Source: Candidatus Magasanikiibacteriota bacterium (GTDB lineage: Bacteria > Patescibacteriota > Patescibacteriia > Magasanikbacterales > GWA2-37-8). From it: a DNA stretch of 64,000 nt. The stretch is taken from positions 579,834 to 643,833 of the forward strand of contig CAWJAS010000001.1 of the NCBI GenBank assembly GCA_963840935.1, written 5' to 3'. Shown piece after piece: positions 39,756 to 50,707 of this stretch (the stretch's first letter is position 1; the number at the start of each line of letters is the position of its first letter). The translations under genes and the position numbers were made by a program. The notes beneath the pieces are model-generated. The model saw only the letters and a list, made by a program, of their open reading frames with translations, had not been told where the DNA came from and made no database searches.

Positions 39756-40503
39756 GTTTTATTTTTTTATAGATATCAAATACAAATTTATTGGTATTTT
39801 TTAAGTACTTAATAAAATTTACTATGCCACCGCCTTGAATTTTACTAAAATATTTCCACATTTCTCTATCAGAAATTTTTTTATCTAAATAATATTCCAT
39901 TATTTCTCTACCGGAATTCAACCAATTTTCGAAAAAATTAAAATTATCTTGCCAAGAAAATTTATATACCCATGAATTATCTTGTGGATTCTGGTACTTT
40001 GCCTTATTCAAATTCAAATACTTTAAATGAACGTGAAAATATTTGTATGTAAAACGTAATTTATTTTCAGATAAATCTACTATCCAACGATGATGGCTAG
40101 CGCCCGCCAATTTTTTTGCTTCAAGGCCAAAAGTTGTTTCGTATTTCTTTGAGGGAACCTCAATGTACCCCGCTTTGCTAACTCTTATCAATTCAGAACA
40201 AACCCAAAGTGGATCTCTGACGTCTTCCAAAACGTGCGAACAAATGCTAAAATCAAAAAATTTATCTTGAAAAGGCCAAGGTTCTCGAGAGCAAATATCA
40301 TGCTGAGTATAATTTTCTTTGGGCAACAATTTTCTTTGGCCGGGGCCTTTGCTGTTTTCAAATTTTACTTTATCGTACGATACAATGTCTATCAGATGAC
40401 TAGCCTGATTATGTGGGGCTGAGGCACCGCCAACATCTAAAATTCTAGAATTTGAAGGAAGGTTTTTTAGTAAGTCAGTATTATTTTTTTCGATTTGAAT
40501 CAT
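39727..40503 (-). CDS. Methyltransferase type 11-like protein
   Basis: ILDVGG, PFQDKFFDFSICSHVLED, GYIEVP. Confidence 0.85.
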   Translation of the reverse strand: MIQIEKNNTDLLKNLPSNSRILDVGGASAPHNQASHLIDIVSYDKVKFENSKGPGQRKLLPKENYTQHDICSREPWPFQDKFFDFSICSHVLEDVRDPLWVCSELIRVSKAGYIEVPSKKYETTFGLEAKKLAGASHHRWIVDLSENKLRFTYKYFHVHLKYLNLNKAKYQNPQDNSWVYKFSWQDNFNFFENWLNSGREIMEYYLDKKISDREMWKYFSKIQGGGIVNFIKYLKNTNKFVFDIYKKIKHEKDIGNAG

Positions 40504-41449
40504 ATTTTATACCAATTTTTTTAATTAACCAAACAGGGTTTTTGAATAAATATTTAATGCCCAATTTAATTCTTTCTATCTTAGTCGGGTCAATCAAATT
40601 GCGCCTAATCCCCTTTTTAAAATATTTTCTGTATCTTTCCTCCATCATTTCTTTATAATTCGGAACCAATTCGCTAATATGCTTTTTTTGACCACCATGG
40701 TAAACATGAAAAATATCATATTCCAAAGCTTTCGGCAGATATTTATAATTTATTTTGTCATAAATTCCATAGCGCAATTCAATAACCGTGCGTTCAATTT
40801 GTTGCAATTCATTACTACTGGCGCTCCCACTCCCCTCGTAGCGTGTGTAATACAATAACGGTTCACCAATAATTTTTTTGAAATCAGTATTAAACGCGGC
40901 GCGAATTTGAAAATCAAAATCGCCACCCGACTTGAATTGTTCATCCCAGTAGCCGCATTTATCCAATAATTTTTTTCTAAAAAAATGATTGGGCCCAACA
41001 ATTGAACCGCGAGTAGCAACTTCTCTTGAAAATTCCGGCGCTTTAATGCGCAATCCATTAAAAATACCTTGGCCCGTTACCATAATAATATCGCCGTATG
41101 TAAAACCTTTGTCCGGATTATCCTCCAGGGTTTTTAACTGGCGACTGTAACAATCTATTTTTTTGTAGTCATCAACATCCGCATAAGTGACATATTCGGT
41201 GGTCGTCAGCGCAAAACCGCGATTAGTGGACGCGCCGATGCTTTCTCGCGGAACTTGTTCAATGCGAATATTGTCAGGATATTTATTTTTGAAATAATCT
41301 GCGATTTCTTTTTCTTTTTCGTTTGGGTCATTGAGAATTAAAATAATTACAAAATCATTAAAACCTTCAAGCCCTGTAATATTTTTGAAGTATGTTTCAA
41401 GATATTTTTCACTTTTATACGCCGATGTGACAATACTTAATTTTTTCAT
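40481..41449 (-). CDS. Glycosyltransferase family 2
   Basis: SIVTSAY, NRG, ADVDD, GDFDF. Confidence 0.85.
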   Translation of the reverse strand: MKKLSIVTSAYKSEKYLETYFKNITGLEGFNDFVIILILNDPNEKEKEIADYFKNKYPDNIRIEQVPRESIGASTNRGFALTTTEYVTYADVDDYKKIDCYSRQLKTLEDNPDKGFTYGDIIMVTGQGIFNGLRIKAPEFSREVATRGSIVGPNHFFRKKLLDKCGYWDEQFKSGGDFDFQIRAAFNTDFKKIIGEPLLYYTRYEGSGSASSNELQQIERTVIELRYGIYDKINYKYLPKALEYDIFHVYHGGQKKHISELVPNYKEMMEERYRKYFKKGIRRNLIDPTKIERIKLGIKYLFKNPVWLIKKIGIKYDSNRKK

Positions 41450-41454
41450 GATTA

Positions 41455-42399
41455 TTATGCGTTATAATAATGATTTTTTACGTTGATTAATTCGCATACT
41501 TTAATAAGCTCATCAATTCCATCTTCCATACTAACTGTATTTTGGTATCCCAACTCATGTATTTTGTCGTAAGAAACCATATAGTCACGTTGATCAAAAT
41601 CATGGCCGACATCAGCAAAATGTAAATAATAATCAATCTTATTTTTTATCATTAAACACAGGTCTTCTTTGCTGTAATTCATCTTATTGTCGCCAACATT
41701 ATATACTTGACCCTTCATTTTTTCATAATTTTCTAAAGCAAATAAAAACGAACGTGCCATGTCACGCACATGAATAAAAGTACGCATAAAATGCTTTTCA
41801 TAAACAATCAGTGTTTTTTCATTTACTGCCCGATACACAAAATCATTCGGCATAAGGTCCAAGCGCATTCTTGGCGAAACACCAAAAGCAGTAGCAAAAC
41901 GATAAATTACATATTCGCCATTTTTTTCAATAATTTTTTCGCCTTCGGCTTTATGTTCACCATAATTTGTCAAAGGATTTAGAGGCGATGTCTCGGTGCA
42001 TAATTTTTCAATCATTTTTCCATAAGTACTTCCAGACGAAGCAAATAAAATTGGTTTTTGTCCATTTACCAAATCCACTAATAATTTTGTGGCATCAACA
42101 TTTATCTCTTTTGATTCGACCGGATATTTGCGACAAGCCGGATATCCGACAATACCAGCAAGATGAATAACAACATCAATATCGTCCAATGCGTTTTTTA
42201 TAATATCTTGATTACGGATATCGCCTTTGATAAATTCATAATTTGGATTCGAAAAAAATTGTATAATTGGATCTACGCCGAAATCCAATCTGTCTAAAAC
42301 TCGCACTTTATAATTTGATTCCAATAATAACTTTGTTAAGATACTGCCGATGTAACCCGCGCCACCTGTTACCAAAACTTTATTAAATTTATTTACCAT
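41455..42399 (-). CDS. NAD-dependent epimerase/dehydratase
   Basis: TGGAGYIGS, HLAGIVG, YGEHK, RFATAFG.SPRMRLDL. Confidence 0.92.
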   Translation of the reverse strand: MVNKFNKVLVTGGAGYIGSILTKLLLESNYKVRVLDRLDFGVDPIIQFFSNPNYEFIKGDIRNQDIIKNALDDIDVVIHLAGIVGYPACRKYPVESKEINVDATKLLVDLVNGQKPILFASSGSTYGKMIEKLCTETSPLNPLTNYGEHKAEGEKIIEKNGEYVIYRFATAFGVSPRMRLDLMPNDFVYRAVNEKTLIVYEKHFMRTFIHVRDMARSFLFALENYEKMKGQVYNVGDNKMNYSKEDLCLMIKNKIDYYLHFADVGHDFDQRDYMVSYDKIHELGYQNTVSMEDGIDELIKVCELINVKNHYYNA

Positions 42400-42400
42400 A

Positions 42401-43198
42401 TTATTTATTAATAATAGTATTTAAATAATCATCTAAATATTCAGATGAATTTTTTAATTTTATTATTCTATTAATTTTTTCCACATTCATCTCATAAATT
42501 TGAGTTTCCGCATCATTGTTGACTTCGATTTTTTTATTAGAAAAATATTGCGCGATACAATCTTGCATATTCACCGTTGCAATTCCGCCAATATTATAAA
42601 CTTCATTAACCACTTTCTGATTAATTAAATTTTTTACTATTTTTGCAATTTCATTAGCGGTTATCATTTGAATTCTTGAATTTAATGTAACAAAAATAGG
42701 TTGACCGTTTATGACATCGAAAAGTGGACCTTTTTTTAAATTACTGCCCAATATCATGCTAGAACGTAATATTATATACGACTTGCAATACTTGCGTACT
42801 AGTATTTCACTTAAAAATTTATGCATACCATAGGGGCACAACTTCTTATAATCAATGTTAGTTATCTCGTCTGTTGTTTGTGGCGAGGAATGGTCAACAT
42901 AAACATCGCTCGATGATATATATATATATTTTCTATATTTAAAATCGAACAATGTTTTATAAACAGACTCAGTTGAAGCAATAAAGTCTTCAACAGGGTT
43001 TTGATTCGCCCAAAATCGACGACTGTTGCCGTTGGCATTTATTAAAATATCAAATTCATTGCCAACACAATCCAAATAGTTATCTTTATCAATTTTGGTA
43101 ACAATATATTCATCACTTAAATATGCCGCCAGATCTGACCCCAACACGCCCTGAGCGCCAATTACTGCGACTGTTTTTAATTTATTTGCGCTGGTCAT
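42401..43198 (-). CDS. NAD(P)-dependent sugar oxidoreductase (RmlD-like SDR)
   Basis: GAQGVLG, YISSSDVY, YGMHK. Confidence 0.8.
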   Translation of the reverse strand: MTSANKLKTVAVIGAQGVLGSDLAAYLSDEYIVTKIDKDNYLDCVGNEFDILINANGNSRRFWANQNPVEDFIASTESVYKTLFDFKYRKYIYISSSDVYVDHSSPQTTDEITNIDYKKLCPYGMHKFLSEILVRKYCKSYIILRSSMILGSNLKKGPLFDVINGQPIFVTLNSRIQMITANEIAKIVKNLINQKVVNEVYNIGGIATVNMQDCIAQYFSNKKIEVNNDAETQIYEMNVEKINRIIKLKNSSEYLDDYLNTIINK

Positions 43199-43952
43199 AT
43201 TCAAAAAATTTCTTTGAATAAATATATACATACGACGGCAAACCGCAAAGAGGAAACAATTGCAACTGCCCAAAACCAAGATTGTTAAATTCGTTTATTG
43301 CCTTTAGTTCACCATAATCAGGATGCCCATGATATGCCCAAATATCGTCGAAACGGAAAATCGCACCACTACTCAACAACGGCATAAGCCATTTTAAGGC
43401 CATAATGGTCGATGAATAATAATCGCAATCAATATTAATAATCGCCGGAGCAAATGTTACAAATTTATCTCTCAAATCGGTAGTTAATGTCGTATCATAA
43501 AAACCATCGACAGAATGAAAATTATCAATCGGAAATTTAGTTTCTCGAATAACTCCCAGAACCTGTTCCTTCGGATGTACCATCTGCGACTGACCCCAAA
43601 TTACATGATTATCACCGACCCCCTCCTTCGGCAAACCCTGAAAACTATCAAAAGCAAAAATGTGAAAATCATTAATATTCTTCTTGTAATCTTTGCAGAA
43701 TTTCTTCAATGCTAATATATATATTTTAATAGAACCGCCGCTAGCTACACCAAATTCATAATAATTCTTCGTTGGTGAATAATCATGACAAACAACATTT
43801 TGATATACTAAAGAGTCGTAAAAAAAAGAAAATAGGTTATCCTTTCTCTTGTACTGAAAAAGAAACAAGCCAATAGTTGCATTTAAAAACCTTTCCACAC
43901 TCAAACGTATTTGATAAATTTTTGAACTTTTTAATCGATCAATAAATTTCAT
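43182..43952 (-). CDS. TylF/MycF/NovP-like O-methyltransferase
   Basis: YYEFGV, FDSFQGLP, GFYDTTL, IDCDYYSST, FDD. Confidence 0.88.
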   Translation of the reverse strand: MKFIDRLKSSKIYQIRLSVERFLNATIGLFLFQYKRKDNLFSFFYDSLVYQNVVCHDYSPTKNYYEFGVASGGSIKIYILALKKFCKDYKKNINDFHIFAFDSFQGLPKEGVGDNHVIWGQSQMVHPKEQVLGVIRETKFPIDNFHSVDGFYDTTLTTDLRDKFVTFAPAIINIDCDYYSSTIMALKWLMPLLSSGAIFRFDDIWAYHGHPDYGELKAINEFNNLGFGQLQLFPLCGLPSYVYIYSKKFFEYDQRK

Positions 43953-43962
43953 AATTTAATAT

Positions 43963-44922
43963 TTAATGCATAATAGCAAATGAATAATTATTTTTAAACC
44001 AATCAACGGTTTCTTGGATACCTTTTTCAAGCGAAGTTTCCGGTTGCCAACCCAAAGTTTCTTTCATTTTTTTGATTCCAAATGTTTTTTTCAGAGCACC
44101 ATCAGGCTTATCCGTATTAAAAGTAAAATCACCTTCATAGCCAATTACCTTCTTTATTGTTTCCGCCAAATCAATTACGGAAATTCCCACACCGGAAGCG
44201 ATGTTAATCGGCGCAACATCATCATAAAGTTCAGTCGCTTTCAAAATACCTTCCGCGCCATCTTTCACATACAACCAATCACGAATCGGTTTGCCCGAAC
44301 CCCAAATTTCAACAGTCGGCGCATTGTTCATTTTAGCTTCATAAATTTTTTTAATCAATCCCGCAAGAGCCTTGCTTTGTTCCGGGTTAAAGTGCTCACC
44401 CGGTCCATACATATTTGCCATTATCAAATGGATGGAATTAAAATTATGCTGTTTTTTGAGAGCCAACCCATAAACAGCCGTTGTTTTTCTTGAAAATCCA
44501 TAACTAAAAATTAATTCATGCACTTCACCATTCCAATAATCATTTTCATTTAATTCATCCTTTTCCAGGTAGCCGGGATAGGAACAGCCGGCAATAATAT
44601 TTACAAATTTTTCCACGCCATTTTGTTGCGCTGCTTTCATTAAAAAGGTTCCCATCATTAAATTATCAAAATACAAATCCGCTTGTTTGCCACTATGAAA
44701 CCCAATTCCTCCCTGCCATGCCGCACAATTTATCGCGACATCTGGCTTATGCGTGCTAAAAAAACGCTCACAATTCGCGAGAAGGCGAAAATCCCATCCA
44801 TCCGCGGTTCTGGGTATTATTATTTTACAATTGGCGCGTTTTTTTATGGACTCAATAATATGCTTGCCAAAAAAACCCCCACCCCCAAGCACGGCCACTT
44901 TTTTTTGATTGAGATTTAACAT
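43963..44922 (-). CDS. GDP-L-fucose synthase-like epimerase/reductase (intact paralog)
   Basis: GGGGFFG, GGIG, GCSYP, ANMYGP, WGSGKPIRDWLYV, KPDG. Confidence 0.85.
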   Translation of the reverse strand: MLNLNQKKVAVLGGGGFFGKHIIESIKKRANCKIIIPRTADGWDFRLLANCERFFSTHKPDVAINCAAWQGGIGFHSGKQADLYFDNLMMGTFLMKAAQQNGVEKFVNIIAGCSYPGYLEKDELNENDYWNGEVHELIFSYGFSRKTTAVYGLALKKQHNFNSIHLIMANMYGPGEHFNPEQSKALAGLIKKIYEAKMNNAPTVEIWGSGKPIRDWLYVKDGAEGILKATELYDDVAPINIASGVGISVIDLAETIKKVIGYEGDFTFNTDKPDGALKKTFGIKKMKETLGWQPETSLEKGIQETVDWFKNNYSFAIMH

Positions 44923-44924
44923 AT

Positions 44925-46235
44925 TTAACTATTTACATTACTTAACAACAATTTTTTATTGCCAATTAGAATCGCGAGAGCGCCCACTGAATATGAAATC
45001 ATTGTTGCCCAGGCGGCGCCGGTAATGCCAAAATTGGAGATTAGGATAAAATTAAGCGCGATGTTTAACACCATCAAAAATAAATAAAAATAAAAAATTG
45101 TTTTCAAACGATTTTCCGCCAAAAAATATTGGTAAAATCCGGCGTTTAAAAAGAATCCTACTCCCGACCAAACATATATTCGTAAAATTCCGATTGATTC
45201 AAAATAGGCGTTGCCAAATAAAAAGTTCACTATTATTGGGGCGAATGCAGACAAGAGCAAGGCGATTACAACCGCCATTCCGCCAAGCAAAAAATATAAT
45301 TTTCGTAACCGGCTGAAAAATTTTTCTTGGCTTACTTTTCTTGCGTTTATTATGGCCGGAAGTAATGAACCGCAAATTATACCCGGAATAAAATACCAAA
45401 TTTCCACTAATTTTATAGCGGCAGAGTACAACCCGACTGCTGTTTCATCCAAAAAATGCCTGATCATCACTTGGTCAACACGCAAGAATATATATCCGGC
45501 GGCGGCGGCCAAAGCCAGAAGCCAAGCGCCTGATAAAATTTGTTTTGCCAGACGAACATCAAATCTCCAAGTGCTGAATTTGTAGCCACTTTTTAAATAA
45601 TTGAAAATGTACAATGCGAGAAGGGTTAATGATTCAACAACAAAAATTGCCATTAACCAAATAATCCCCTGTCCGGTCAAAATCAAAATTACTTTCAAAA
45701 CCGAAGCAACCAGCGCGGAAATAACTGTCGCCTGGACATTCTTTTTTGCCTGAACAGTTGATTGAAAATAAACGCTTATCACCCCAAATGCTGACCATAA
45801 AAAAGTTGAAGCGTATAAAATAATCAATCCTCGAACAAAATTTGATGATTCGAACAAAAGAGCGGAAATGAGAATTAATATAAAAGCGGTGATACTCCCA
45901 GCAAGCAATAATCCAAAACCGGTCCCCATTAGCTCGTCTTTTTTTTCGGGATTCTTTGCCAAATCTCGAAGTAAAATATTATGGATGCCCAAATAAGCAA
46001 TGAAAGTAAAAAGTCCGACAAACGCGACCGAGTAGCTTATGATTCCGTAATTTTCAGGGCCCAAATAACGCGCCAACCAAGCGCCGATAAAAAAAGAAAC
46101 AACAAGCGAAAACATTTGCCCAATAAACATCCAGCCGGTATTGGCAAAATATTTTTTGAACCCGGCGTGTTCCAAAATCCACTTCCAGCGCTCGGGTACA
46201 ATTTTGTTAATTTTTTGAAATAGAATGTCTATCAT
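44925..46235 (-). CDS. Wzx flippase
   Basis: ARYLGPENYG, RVDQVMI, VGLYSAA, GITGAAWAT. Confidence 0.9.
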   Translation of the reverse strand: MIDILFQKINKIVPERWKWILEHAGFKKYFANTGWMFIGQMFSLVVSFFIGAWLARYLGPENYGIISYSVAFVGLFTFIAYLGIHNILLRDLAKNPEKKDELMGTGFGLLLAGSITAFILILISALLFESSNFVRGLIILYASTFLWSAFGVISVYFQSTVQAKKNVQATVISALVASVLKVILILTGQGIIWLMAIFVVESLTLLALYIFNYLKSGYKFSTWRFDVRLAKQILSGAWLLALAAAAGYIFLRVDQVMIRHFLDETAVGLYSAAIKLVEIWYFIPGIICGSLLPAIINARKVSQEKFFSRLRKLYFLLGGMAVVIALLLSAFAPIIVNFLFGNAYFESIGILRIYVWSGVGFFLNAGFYQYFLAENRLKTIFYFYLFLMVLNIALNFILISNFGITGAAWATMISYSVGALAILIGNKKLLLSNVNS

Positions 46236-46237
46236 AA

Positions 46238-47191
46238 TTAAATTGCTGAGTTTTGGTACCATTTGTAGGTAGATTCCAATCCTTCTTTCAATTCAAATTT
46301 TGGTTGCCAACCAAGATTATTGACTTTTGAACTGTCCATCAATCTTCCGGGGGTTCCGTCGGGCTTGGTTGTATCCCAAACAATATTTCCTTTGTATCCC
46401 GTAATTTCTTGAATCAAGTTTGCCAAATCTTTGATGTTTATATCTTTTCCAGCGCCCAAATTTACAAATATATCCCCTTTTTCATTTTGCTCTTTGGTCG
46501 GATTCAAATTATTCATGAGAAATATACAACCCTCTGCCATATCATCCACGTGCAAAAATTCACGACGAGGATTGCCTGTGCCCCAAAGTATTACTTCTTT
46601 ATCACCTTTAATTTTCGCTTCATGGAATTTGCGAATCATTGCCGGAATTACATGTGATTTTTCCAAATCAAAGTTATCATTAGGGCCATATAAATTAGCA
46701 GGCATTACGGAAATAAAATTTGTGCCATATTGACGATTGTAACTCTGACACATTTTTATGCCGGCGATTTTTGCCAAGGCGTACGGCTCATTGGTTGGCT
46801 CCAAAGTTCCGGTTAATAAATATTCTTCTTTGACGGGCTCTGGGGCAAATTTTGGATAAATGCAAACCGAACCCAAAAATAAAAGTTTTTTTACTCCGTT
46901 TACGTATGACTGGTGAATAATATTATTTTGAATTTGCAAATTTTCGTATATAAATTGTGCCGGGTATGTATTGTTTGCTTAAATCCCGCCGACTTTGGCG
47001 GCGGCCAAAATTACATACTCCGGTTTTTCTTGCGCGAAAAATTCGGCAGTTGCCTGTTGGTTTGTTAAATCAAGTTCTTCGATAGTGCGATAAACCAGAT
47101 TGTTGTAACCTTGGGCTTGCAAATTGCGGACCAAGGATGAACCGACAAGGCCGGTGTGGCCGGCGATGTAAATTTTGGATGTTTTTTGCAT
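46238..47191 (-). pseudogene. fcl: GDP-L-fucose synthase with an in-frame TAA at 46979-46981
   Basis: GHTGLVGS...[22 protein letters not shown]...[19 protein letters not shown]; both ORF halves are in the same frame. Confidence 0.9.
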
Positions 47192-47205
47192 AATTTTTAA
47201 ATAAA

Positions 47206-47436
47206 ATTCTTCGCTTCGCTCAGAATGACAGGTAACTGGATTCCCGCCTACGCGGGAATGACAGTGTGCGAATAAGATTGCTTCGGCGTCCCTTTGGGAC
47301 TTCTCGCAATGACAGGGCTTCGCTTCGCTACGCCCTGTAAACGCCAGGTTCACTTATTAACTACGCCCTGTAAACGCCAGATTCGCTTCGCTCAGAATGA
47401 CAACGAACTGGATTCCCGATCAAGTCGGGAATGACA
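47206..47436. repeat. Mosaic array of short palindromic repeats (order A-B-C-D-D'-A-B)
   Basis: Five hairpin units end in AATGACA; copies recur in mnmA, tsaE and queH. Confidence 0.9.
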
Positions 47437-47437
47437 A

Positions 47438-48448
47438 TTAGGATTCGCACATTATGGCTACGAGCTCTTTGAATTTAACTTTCGGTTCCCAACCAAGAAT
47501 ATTTTTTGCCTTGGTGGCATCGCCCAAAAGCAAATCCACTTCAGCCGGTCGAAAATATCGCTCATCAATTTCAATAATTGTTTTACCGGTATTTTTATCA
47601 ATTCCTTTTTCATCTTTTCCACTGCCTTGCCAAACAATATCAAAACCAAAAAAATTTCCCGCAGTTTCCGCGAATTCCCGCACAGTATGCGTTTCACCTG
47701 TGGCTATCACATAATCATCCGGTTTATCTTGCTGGAGCATCAGCCACATCGCTTCTACATAATCCTTGGCATATCCCCAATCGCGTTTGGCATCAAGATT
47801 ACCCAGATAAAGTTTTTCTTGTTTTCCTTCTTTGATATTTTTGAGCGCGTCGGTAATTTTTTTGGTGACAAAAGTTCCACCCCTGCGTGGCGATTCATGA
47901 TTAAACAAAATTCCATTGCAGGCAAACAAACCGTATGACTCGCGATAATTAACGGTTAAATAATGCGAATAAACCTTGGCGCACCCGTATGGACTGCGAG
48001 GATAAAACGGGGTGGTTTCTTTTTGCGGAGTTTCTTGAACTTTGCCAAACATTTCTGATGAGCCGGCTTGATAAAATTTTGTTTTTATACCCGATTCTTT
48101 GATCGCGTCAAGCAAGCGCAAAGTGCCGAGCCCAACGGTGTTACCGGTGTAAACCGGCATGTCAAAACTGACCTTCACATGACTTTGCGCGCCCAGATTA
48201 TATATTTCATCCGGCTTAATTTGCTCCAATAGTCGAGAAATATTACTGCCGTCAGTCAAGTCGCCATAATGCAAAAACAATTTTACTCCATTTACATGCG
48301 GGTCCTCATAAAGATGGTCTATACGCGAAGTATTAAAAGTACTGCTCCGGCGAATGAGGCCGTGGACTTCATAACCTTTTTCCAAAAGCAGTTCCGCCAA
48401 ATATGAACCGTCTTGACCGGTAATGCCGGTGATTAAAGCTTTTTTCAT
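47438..48448 (-). CDS. gmd: GDP-mannose 4,6-dehydratase
   Basis: [40 protein letters not shown]. Confidence 0.98.
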   Translation of the reverse strand: MKKALITGITGQDGSYLAELLLEKGYEVHGLIRRSSTFNTSRIDHLYEDPHVNGVKLFLHYGDLTDGSNISRLLEQIKPDEIYNLGAQSHVKVSFDMPVYTGNTVGLGTLRLLDAIKESGIKTKFYQAGSSEMFGKVQETPQKETTPFYPRSPYGCAKVYSHYLTVNYRESYGLFACNGILFNHESPRRGGTFVTKKITDALKNIKEGKQEKLYLGNLDAKRDWGYAKDYVEAMWLMLQQDKPDDYVIATGETHTVREFAETAGNFFGFDIVWQGSGKDEKGIDKNTGKTIIEIDERYFRPAEVDLLLGDATKAKNILGWEPKVKFKELVAIMCES

Positions 48449-48450
48449 AA

Positions 48451-50530
48451 TTATTCTGTTGTTACTGTCCCCGTGGTTGAAGACACATACGGCGCGAATA
48501 TTTGGTCAATCGCCGTTTGATCATTGGCTGTTATGTTTGCGCCATTTTCCTCCGCCCAATCCATCATCTCAAAAGCTTTTTCAATTTCATTCATAGAAAG
48601 ATATGTATAAGCCAAACGCCAATAGCTCTCGCCCACTTTTTTATTTTCTTCCACCGCTTGCAAAAGAAGCTCGATTGATTTATCGGGTTGTCCCATTTGC
48701 ATGTGAAGTGTGGCGAGCGAGAAAATAAGCTGTTGACGCTTTGGCGAATATTTGAGCGCGGAGTTCAAACAATTCAATGAATCACTCAAATGCAAAGGGT
48801 TATTTTCCAAATAGGCTTTCATTTGCGCCAATTGCGCCAAACTAATAAAGTTTCGCACGTCATAAGGGTGCAATAACGTATTTTTCTCCAGTTCCGAATA
48901 CGATAAATCAAGAATATTTTTTGCCAAATTTGAATCAATCTGTTGGCCATAGGCGGAGATAAGCTGAGTTGCCGTTCTGCTAATATCGCTTCTAATGTCA
49001 TCAATATGCGGAGATTTATTATCAAAAGCAACGCGCATTTTTTCCAGCCCCAAAACAGGGTCGGTTGAAAGCGCCTTGATAGCGTCAAGGGTTTTCATAT
49101 TGGCTGATGCTGATTGAATGTTATAGGCGTTAATTGACAAAATAACTATTAAACCGGTGATGATAAGCGCTGGTGGACCGATTTTTTTATCATCTTTTCT
49201 TAATATCTCTTCTTCGTGGCGAATCGCTTCCACATCGGTTGTTTTATTAAGAGTCAGCCGATTAATCATCGCGAGCCAGAACATAAAATACAAATATGAT
49301 GTGATATTTTCAAATACCGTGATATTGCCAATAAAATGCGCTACCAAAAATCCACTTCCAATGGCAAGCAAATGAATGTCTATTTCTTTTTTGCGATAAC
49401 CCATTACGAGCGCCCAAAAAGCGACAAAAAATACGCCAAAATATGTGATAATGCCAAGCGCGCCCTGAACCGAAAGCGTGTTCATTACAATATTATGGGC
49501 GTTATCAAACCATGTTTCTCCATAGCCAAAATCAAGCGAACGCGGATTATAGTGCTGATTAAAAGCGTAAAAATAATTATTCGGGCCCCAGCCAAAAGCG
49601 GGTCGTTCAAGAAAGCTGTCCCAAGCGATTTCCCAGGCAATCCATCGGGGCGATGCTTTAATATCGGCAAGCGATGTGTTAACCGCTCTGCCAACCGCGG
49701 GAATATCTTTTACAAAATCAGTTTGACGATTGGCATACAAAACTCCGACAAAAATAATCATCAAGGCGATGGCACTGCCAATTACAATTCTTGTTTTTTT
49801 GTATCCGCGAAGAGCAATGGCATAAATTAAAAGCGTGGCGCCAATTCCGGCCACAAGTCCAAGCATGGCTCCGCGAGTTCCGCTAAAAAATAATCCTAGT
49901 ATGATAAAAATAAGCATTATGGCATAGGTATATTTCCAAATGCGATTTTTATCTTTCAAAATTAAAAGTACGGCCATGAAAGCCAAAAACAAAGCATAAC
50001 CGCCGACATAAATCGGATTGCCAAGGGTGCTCGCAATTCGTTCGGCGCCTTGATTCAAAAGTAATTGAGGGTTGCCGACCTGCAAAAGCCCAATAAACAT
50101 GACCGCGAGTCCGGCAAACAAAAAGATTCTCATGGCCCATTTCCATGAAGTCCAATTTTTTAGGAACTTTGAACACATCAAATAAAAAATAAAATAATGT
50201 ATGATGGTGAAAAAACCAAGCATTCTTTCGTGGTTATCCCAAAAACTGTGGTATGTGTCTGTGCCAAAAAAAGTGGATAAACCAAAACTCAAAATATAGA
50301 AACAAAAAACCGCGATGGTGAGCGGAGTAAAAGTCGGCTTGTATTCTTTCCAGTTGATTATCAAAAGCAAAACATACACGCCAAGCATTATCTCGATGAT
50401 GGTTCTAAAAATTACAATTTTTGGAACAATAAAACGGAAAAATGAATGAACCGGGCAAAACAATGAGTGGAATAAAAAATGCCGTGTAAATAAGAATTTT
50501 GATAAGAAGCTCTAATTTTTGGCGATACAT
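48451..50530 (-). CDS. O-antigen ligase family protein with C-terminal TPR-like region; +1 frameshift near the 5' end
   Basis: [25 protein letters not shown]; ATG 50530 joins the long frame if one T is removed at 50431-50434; TTGACA-17-TAAAAT at 50605-50577. Confidence 0.85.
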
Positions 50531-50656
50531 AAATTATGCTAAAAATCCGGACTTGCCGGTTGAATAATATTCATATATTTTATGGCAAAATGGAAGCAAT
50601 GTCAAACGAATTAATCTTGATTATTTGGGGAATTAATGATATTTTATTTTAATAAT

Positions 50657-50695
50657 AGACTCCCCCTTAATCCCCCTCTTAATAAGAGGGGGGAA
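50657..50695. repeat. Type E palindromic repeat, copy 3 (inverted)
   Basis: agactcccccttaatccccctcttaataagaggggggaa is close to the reverse complement of 28871-28907. Confidence 0.8.
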
Positions 50696-50707
50696 ACTGC
50701 AAGAAAT

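Noticed and set aside
46979-46981. Stop-codon reassignment or programmed readthrough
   Set aside because: TAA ends many clear genes here and TGA/TAG also act as stops; a single nonsense change or error is simpler.
47192-47353. N-terminal extension of Fcl shown in the ORF track
   Set aside because: It is repeat-array DNA that happens to be stop-free; the homologous start is ATG 47191.
47206-47436. CRISPR array
   Set aside because: Units differ in sequence and length, spacers are only a few bases, and there are no cas genes.
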